In this document: positions 57,709 to 64,000 of the stretch, one piece after another
How the letters are laid out: each line of letters begins with the position of its first letter
How positions within the stretch are numbered: the first letter of the stretch is position 1
NCBI GenBank assembly: GCA_004764695.1
Contig: SMSO01000034.1
Coordinates: forward strand, 2,852,001 to 2,916,000
DNA from: Schizochytrium sp. TIO01
Taxonomy: Eukaryota > Protista > Bigyra: Labyrinthulomycetes
Length of the DNA: 64,000 nt
Reading direction: 5' to 3'
Translations under genes and position numbers: made by a program
Notes under the pieces: model-generated
Told to the model about the DNA's origin: nothing
Seen by the model: the letters and a program-made list of their open reading frames with translations, nothing else
Databases searched by the model: none

Positions 57709-59792
57709 GCCAATTGAGCCTCGATTTGGGTCTGCGGCTGCGATCGGTCTTCGCCGATCATGTGGAGTCAGTGTAAAGGGACTATCCGTTCACGCACTGT
57801 TAACACTAAGAGTTATTTTTAGAAAGCACAAAGTACTCTTTTTTAAGTTGCCCGTGGTACTTGACACGACATTACTATGTCTTGCAGCACGGGAGAACCA
57901 TAAGCGAGTAGAGAATGGTCTAAACCCTCGTGGACTCGAAGTCGAGAAAGAAACAATTCTCCGTAGCACAGAGCAGCTTTGGTTTCGAATCGACGACTCC
58001 GGTTTTACAAATGTTTCTCTTTTCTTGTTTTTTATTGTAGAGGTGCGTTCGAGGCGATGCTCGGAAGGTCGAATGAAACCGAAGTAACTTGTACTGTGCA
58101 GATAGAGAAAGCTAAGCGAATTGATTCGATCCAGCGCAGATAGTGAGCGTACTACGAGATCAATGTGCTCCTCAATGTGCTCTCACTAACATTTTGCTGC
58201 TGCTTTGAGCTGTCGTCAAAGCAACAAAACGACAAGTGTATGCACGAATCAACATTTTTTTTGTTGTTGGTGAAAGTTTGGTATGAGCATCGCAGTGGCA
58301 GGGTGAACGAAGGTTGGTGCAACACATAGATTGTACATTACTGTCAAGAATTCTGCGAGTTCTTTCATTTTTGTGTGACGATCGTTGGAATGTATATAGT
58401 ACCTAATAACGCACGTTCGCTCTTTCTTTCTTCTCATTCTTCGTTTTCATAAGAGTGGGAGAAATCAATTCTGTACAGTGGCGACATGGAGGGGTTCTAT
58501 GCCCGTGTAAGGTTCAAGGCAATATGCAGGCTTCGTATGGCCAATTTTTCGAGCATGGCTTTGGGAACGAGAAAGCCAACAGGTCCGATTTTGGGAACAG
58601 AGATAAAGTTGCTGTCTTTGTTCTTCTGTTTGAATCGGTTCGATTGTTGAGCTTGGGGAAGAGAAAATAGACTTTGCGCTAACACTTTAGTATCACTTTT
58701 TTCTTATTCTTTGTTCCTTATTCAACAATGAATATGTCCCCAAGTTCGTCAGCCTTTCAGGAACGACGAATGCTCAGAGACATGACAGAGGGTATGATCG
58801 CTGTATTCCTTGCACTATCTAGCTATAAAGCCCATATAAATAAGATTACGTGAACCCTAAGTAAAATAGAGACAGACTGACTTCTAAAAAAGTATGATAG
58901 ATTCGTTACGGCCATTTCTCATGTAATTGAAAATTAGTCTAACATTACAAGCAGGACAAGTGAAATTGAGGATTGCCATAGTTATAGGTAGTAAGTATCT
59001 CATGATGAGACCAGTATTACAAATATTGCTGCTGGTTCTTAAAGGGAAAGAGAAAAGTAAAACAAGAAAGAAAGATTAGATATTGCGGATGACATAACAC
59101 ATTGTTTTGGTTAACTTTGAAAACCCAATGCTGGTCTAGGGAGTTGACATTTGGTCCGTATTTATTATGAAATGGGGGGGGGAGAGGGGGCAACAATACA
59201 CGAAGCGATATTCGGATGAATTAGAAACACTGGACCAATGCGAATTTGTATTATTCTTGGTTACCCATCAAACCTTTGTCCATGAAATATTTAGTATTTT
59301 GCTTTGCTTTATATATCCTGTATAGCCAAGTGCCCCAAGCTTCGTTCCCAGTCCACAAAGCACAGACTAGCTGTTAACTGTTAAGATCTAAGTGATTCCA
59401 TACTCCGTCCGACAAGTGGTACCAAAGATTGGAATACAGAGACTTGATATGTATGTGTGTTCATAATTTATGGTTTGGATTTAGATACCTTTCTATTTTC
59501 AAGAACTCCATCTTGCGTCAAATACGTTTTCCGTCACTCATTGGAGTTGGGTTTCCTTATACCTGTAGTATAAAAAGTCTTCAGTTTCCATTGAAAAAAA
59601 AAAGGATTTCGAAATATAGTCAAATTAATAAGGGCCTTCGACGAACCTGTACTTATCAGGAAAGCAGCGATAATTCTGCAGAGACAACTTGAAAAAAAAA
59701 GGAATATCACAAGAACAAAAATAAAAAACAAAAAGTCGTCGACGCAATGTATGAACATCTTGTTGAAAAAAAGAAAAAAACTAAGGAATAAA

Positions 59793-60950
59793 TCACTGCT
59801 TGGTGACACCGAAGACGCGCTCGCGCTCCTCCTTGGTCTGGAAGCGACCGTGGCCGATCTTGGAGGAGGTATCGATGAAGCTGAGGTTGATCTCCTCCTT
59901 GGCAGCGCGGGAAGTGCGCTCGTGGAGAGACTTACGCATGGTGACGAGGGCCTTCTTGGGGCCGGGGGCACCACCCTTGATCATAACCCAGTCCTGAGTG
60001 ACAACACCGTAGCGAACGAAGCCGCCGAGGGGGTTGATGTCCTTGACGGTAAGATCAGTCTCGGTGGAGCAGTCCTTCTCGCCAGACTTACCGAAGCGGT
60101 AGATCTTCTTGTTGGTCTCCACGCGGTGGTGAACACCGTGCTGACCAGCGCGGGGCACAGTGACCTTGACGCGGGCAGGGTGCCAGGCACCAATACAGGC
60201 GACCTTGCGGAGACCCTTGTGGGTCTTGCGGGGAAGACGGGAGACACCGAAACGGGAGATGACACCCTCGAAACCGTGACCCTTGGTGATACCGATGAGG
60301 TCGCACATCTCGTCCTTGGCGAAGATGTCAGAGATGGGGATCTCCTTCTCGAAGAGCTCACGGCCGAAGTTGACCTTCTCCTCAACGGAGCCACCGTTGA
60401 TCTGGATCTCGGCAATGTGGGCCTTCTTCTGGCGGAGGTTGAGCTTCTTGATCTGGGTGTGGCAGATGAGACGGACGGTGGAGCAGTACTTCTTGATGCG
60501 CTCGATCTCGGCCTCAATGTCAGTGGAGTTACCCTCAGTGTACTTCTTGGCGTAGCGGGTGAAGGCCTTCTTCTTGGAGTGGTACCAGTTCTTGTAGAAG
60601 CGACGCTTGGCCTCCTCGGACAAGTGCTCAGCCCAGACGGTGGTGAGGGAGCGGAGTCCGCGGGGGGTCTGGATGTAGCCAACAAGACCGACGGCAACCA
60701 TGGGGGGGGCCTCGAGGATGGTGACAGCCTCGAGAACCTCCTTCTTGTGGACGTTGGAGCCGGGCTTGTCGACAGTGCGGGTGACGTGGGTCATACCAGC
60801 CTTGTAGGCCATGAAGGCGGTGAGGTGGGTGGCCTTGGAGGCGTCATCCTTGGGGAAAGCCCGGATCTTACCGCGGTGGTGCTTCGAGCGCTTGCGAGGG
60901 AGAAATCCCAAGCTGCCGTGGCGCGGGGCCTCAAACTTGCGGTGCGACAT
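59793..60950 (-). CDS. RPL3: 60S ribosomal protein L3 (uL3)
   Basis: [62 protein letters not shown]; strong codon bias. Confidence 0.99.
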   Translation of the reverse strand: MSHRKFEAPRHGSLGFLPRKRSKHHRGKIRAFPKDDASKATHLTAFMAYKAGMTHVTRTVDKPGSNVHKKEVLEAVTILEAPPMVAVGLVGYIQTPRGLRSLTTVWAEHLSEEAKRRFYKNWYHSKKKAFTRYAKKYTEGNSTDIEAEIERIKKYCSTVRLICHTQIKKLNLRQKKAHIAEIQINGGSVEEKVNFGRELFEKEIPISDIFAKDEMCDLIGITKGHGFEGVISRFGVSRLPRKTHKGLRKVACIGAWHPARVKVTVPRAGQHGVHHRVETNKKIYRFGKSGEKDCSTETDLTVKDINPLGGFVRYGVVTQDWVMIKGGAPGPKKALVTMRKSLHERTSRAAKEEINLSFIDTSSKIGHGRFQTKEERERVFGVTKQ

Positions 60951-60971
60951 CTTGTATTAGTGTCCACAGAC

Positions 60972-61253
60972 CTGTACTGCGAGCGAAGCAGGCAAGACCA
61001 ATTTAGAGTTTGATCCAATGTCCACAATTTGTATAGCCATGTTTCATAAGGAGCGATAAGGAGGAGCACCAAAACCAGTCAAGACACAAGCCAGCCAGAA
61101 CCCATCAAGCAGCCCGCAATCAGCAGCAAACAAATCAAACAACGTCAACAAACTCATCGTCAGTCACCAAAGAACCTCCACGACATATCACGCCACGCTT
61201 CGGGCGCCACCACGCCGCTTGCATAGCGCGCAGCAGCATCGCTGGCCACCTAC
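60972..61253 (-). other. Probable 5'-UTR intron of RPL3
   Basis: On the minus strand: CAG|GTAGGT donor at 61253 and TACAG| acceptor at 60972, 21 nt before the ATG. Confidence 0.55.
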
Positions 61254-61720
61254 CTGTCTCCAATGGGTCTGCCGCTTCTTTCACACGCGCTCTTCTCCTT
61301 TGCCCACTTCGCAGCCAGTCCTCAATAGGCCCTTTTTAAATCCTATATTGGACACATGAAATGAACACTTTAGACCATTTTTAATCCTCATCGCCAGCCA
61401 CTCCTTCGAGCCCCAAACCCGGGTTTTCAAACATCGGCGCAAATGGGCGCCTAATACCGTCAAAGCTCGCTCGCGCGCTACAGAGCGTTATGTGTTGTTG
61501 CAGAGTGATTGGTACACACCGTCTGGCCACGAGGCCGAATCGGGTTTGCAGATGTGCTGTTGGCTGAGGCCTCCGCGTTCAACCTCGTCCCGTTTAATCT
61601 ACAAGAGGTGGCATTCGACGACCCAGCATATTAATTATGCAGATGTCCTAAATGCGTCAAGTTGACTTCAACGCGGGGAACTGTCGAGCCAAGTCATGAG
61701 CAGCGACTTGAGCCCAAGCC

Positions 61721-61753
61721 ACTGACTGACTGACCGACTGACTGACTGACTGA
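61721..61753. repeat. (ACTG)n microsatellite
   Basis: Seen directly in the sequence. Confidence 0.85.
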
Positions 61754-62300
61754 CGATACCCATTTCGCGAAGAGTGGATCAGATGCAAATGGCAAATGGG
61801 CACCGCAACTTCTGTGGTCTACTGCAATCCTCATCGATGCGGTGTCTGTCGCTTCAGCAGAATGAACGAGTGCCTTCAAGTTTGGACAAGTTTGGATGTA
61901 CGTGCGAGATGATGATGGCTTATGCCTGCCTACCACCTACCTACCGCCTACTAGCCAGTCGCAGTCGAGATTGCTGTGCTTTCGTATGGGCGTAATATAA
62001 TGGATGAGAGACGAGGAGAGTAAAGGTCGGCGCCGATTGAGTCTTTCCGGAATTCCGAAAGCGAGGCTCTCGGAGCGGAGGGTTCCTGAAGTGGAGATCG
62101 TAGCTGATGAAGGACTTCTCGCTCGAAGCGGGCTCTTTTGGCCTCCTCGGATCTCGTTTGCGACCTTGAAGAACGTCGAAGAAGGAGAATTTGTCCACGG
62201 GTTCTCTGCCCTTCTTTGATGATGATGATGTAGTGCACTGCGTTTACATGGGCGAATGAATGAAGAAATGTGCTATAGGATGAATATGTGGAATGTAATA

Positions 62301-62393
62301 TACATACATGCATACATACATACATACATACATACATACATACATACATACATACATACATACATACATACATACATACATACATACATACAT
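62301..62393. repeat. (TACA)n microsatellite, about 23 units
   Basis: Seen directly in the sequence. Confidence 0.95.
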
Positions 62394-62540
62394 CCAAAGT
62401 CCAGAACAGCGGCCAACTTCGACGAGCAAATCCGAAACTGGTCTGTGCGTGCGCGAGGAGAACTTTCCTTTCCAATAAGTTCCACGAAGCTAGGCATAGA
62501 AAGCGGAGTCTAGTTTGAAGTCTCTTATTGTTCAGACAGC

Positions 62541-63110
62541 ATGTTGGCAGCAGCTCGGCGATTGGCAACACAAGGCCGCATGGGTGGCGCCATCTTGGCA
62601 GTGTCTGGCCTCGGTCTCGCAACTGTCGCAGTCTCTGGACCCAACACCGCAAGCAGTGCAGCTGCCCCTGGCCCGGACTGCGCAGAGCCCGTGTGCGACG
62701 ATAAGAAGGACATGTTCAACGCCATGATGGGCGGCAAGAACCAGAACGCGCACAAGAACCGTGAGTGCCCCTTGACGCGGAGTCAACTTGGACGCTCTAC
62801 ATGGGAATTCTTGCATACAACTGCCGCCTACTATCCTGAAAAGCCTACTGAGGAGCAGCAGAAGGCAGCTCGTGACCTGGTAGACTCTATGAGTGTGTTG
62901 TATGCTTGCTCGCACTGTCGTGAGCACTTTCGCAACCATGTGGAGGAGCACCCCGTGGATGTCTCCAGCCGGAAAGCATTTGCCACATGGCTCTGTGAGA
63001 CACACAATGTCGTCAATGAGGTCCTTGGCAAACCGCAATTTGATTGTGCTAAGCTTGAAGAGAGATGGCGCACTGGATGTCGCGAGACTGCAAAGGCCAA
63101 GGCCAAGTGA
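62541..63110 (+). CDS. ERV1: Erv1/ALR FAD-dependent sulfhydryl oxidase
   Basis: CP.....LGRSTW.FLHT.AAYYP..PT, active-site YACSHC, WLC..HN.VN..LGKP.FDC....ERW..GC. Confidence 0.93.
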   Translation: MLAAARRLATQGRMGGAILAVSGLGLATVAVSGPNTASSAAAPGPDCAEPVCDDKKDMFNAMMGGKNQNAHKNRECPLTRSQLGRSTWEFLHTTAAYYPEKPTEEQQKAARDLVDSMSVLYACSHCREHFRNHVEEHPVDVSSRKAFATWLCETHNVVNEVLGKPQFDCAKLEERWRTGCRETAKAKAK

Positions 63111-63480
63111 AAACCTTGAGTCCGAATGAGGGAGCGCAAACATATTGATTTGACATTACGGGGAAAAGAAAATAGCATTATTATGGTGTCACTACCGAGG
63201 CTTTTTCTTTCATGTGTGCGAGAGCATCGCCTCTGTGGCTTGGAACTTGTCACCGATCGTGAGCCAATCTCATTTTGTGGGCATTGTCTGCCAGGTCGTG
63301 GATCATATTATGAATTATGAAATTTCCTGCTGCAATATAACTCAGATCTCAGTCGAATGATGAGAACCAAAGATAAGTCCTCACCTAATAGTCTCGTCAA
63401 TTTAAAACGCTGCTCTCCCGATAGCAAACAAACTATATCTAGTCTCAGTTAGCCGCCAACAATCTTCACGGTTCTCTAAA

Positions 63481-63716
63481 TGAATTTTGAAGATTAATCA
63501 CCTTGCTTCTGGTGAGCCCTTCATTTTCGAACAATGAATTAATTAACTTTATGTAACCATCAGTTTAGTCACTTTAGTTTGGCAATCCTTGTTTTGTTGT
63601 AGTGAATTTAGAAGATCGATCACCTTCCTTTCGGTGAGCTCTTCTTTTTTAAACAATGAATTGATTAACTTTATGTAACCATCAGTTTTGTCACTTTAGC
63701 TTGGCAATCCTTGTTT
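63481..63716. repeat. Imperfect tandem duplication, 2 units with a period of about 122 bp
   Basis: Units start TGAATTT.GAAGAT..ATCACC at 63481 and 63603 and share TTAACTTTATGTAACCATCAGTTT.GTCACTTTAG.TTGGCAATCCTTGTTT. Confidence 0.9.
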
Positions 63717-64000
63717 CGATTCTTGAAGTGGGCCAAACTCCACGATAGAGCTTGCAAAGTTTTATAACTTCCATTCTCTAAATCATGCTACAACTAATTA
63801 ACGTAAGAGAATAGTAAATGAAATCATACTTACATTGCTATTATTTAAAGGAGTTCGTATTCCACGCGAACATCCAATAAAGCCGAAGCCGCAACAATGT
63901 GAACTTCCCCACCACACAATAATTCTCTTGCAAAACTCGTTTTCTATGCCCAATATCGGCCCGGGTCCAGACGGTCCGCAAAGCTTTCACTTTCCATCCA

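Noticed and set aside
59751-61013. 420-aa plus-strand ORF
   Set aside because: Antisense shadow of RPL3, produced by its strong codon bias; no protein family features.
61100-61170. Possible C/D snoRNA in the RPL3 5'-UTR intron (TGACGATGA...CTGA on the minus strand)
   Set aside because: Box C is imperfect, the interval is short and low-complexity, and I saw no rRNA-complementary guide or terminal stem.
61951-62652. ORFs with CMYV/YIHT repeats
   Set aside because: Translations of the (TACA)n microsatellite.
1-64000. CRISPR array, tRNA/rRNA, intact transposase/RT, viral (mirusvirus/polinton) genes
   Set aside because: None recognised by eye; the repeats present are microsatellites or two-copy duplications.

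Overview
Eukaryotic, gene-dense and intron-poor DNA with GT-AG introns of about 85-280 nt and many microsatellites. Gene content and style suggest a flagellated heterotrophic stramenopile, probably a thraustochytrid; this is an inference. About 19 protein genes are supportable: an orphan basic/coiled-coil protein, a 2OG-Fe(II) prolyl-hydroxylase-like protein, an acylated ankyrin protein, DNAAF3 (3 exons reconstructed), a kinesin, CWC25, a multi-pass membrane orphan, symplekin, a secreted Cys-rich orphan, phospholipase B-like, a TauD-family dioxygenase, a tandem-domain guanine deaminase, 5-hydroxyisourate hydrolase, a Mid1/NALF-like Cys-rich protein, a SHIPPO-repeat/ankyrin fusion, a TmcB/C-like PAS membrane protein, a DYRK kinase (frameshifted at a homopolymer), RPL3 and Erv1. 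The most interesting signal is a candidate purine-catabolism gene cluster at 36.5-46.2 kb: a TauD/XanA-like dioxygenase, a single-chain pseudo-dimeric guanine deaminase (one intact and one dead Zn site) and HIU hydrolase. No tRNA, rRNA, CRISPR array or intact transposon was recognised. All family calls come from remembered motifs, not from database searches.
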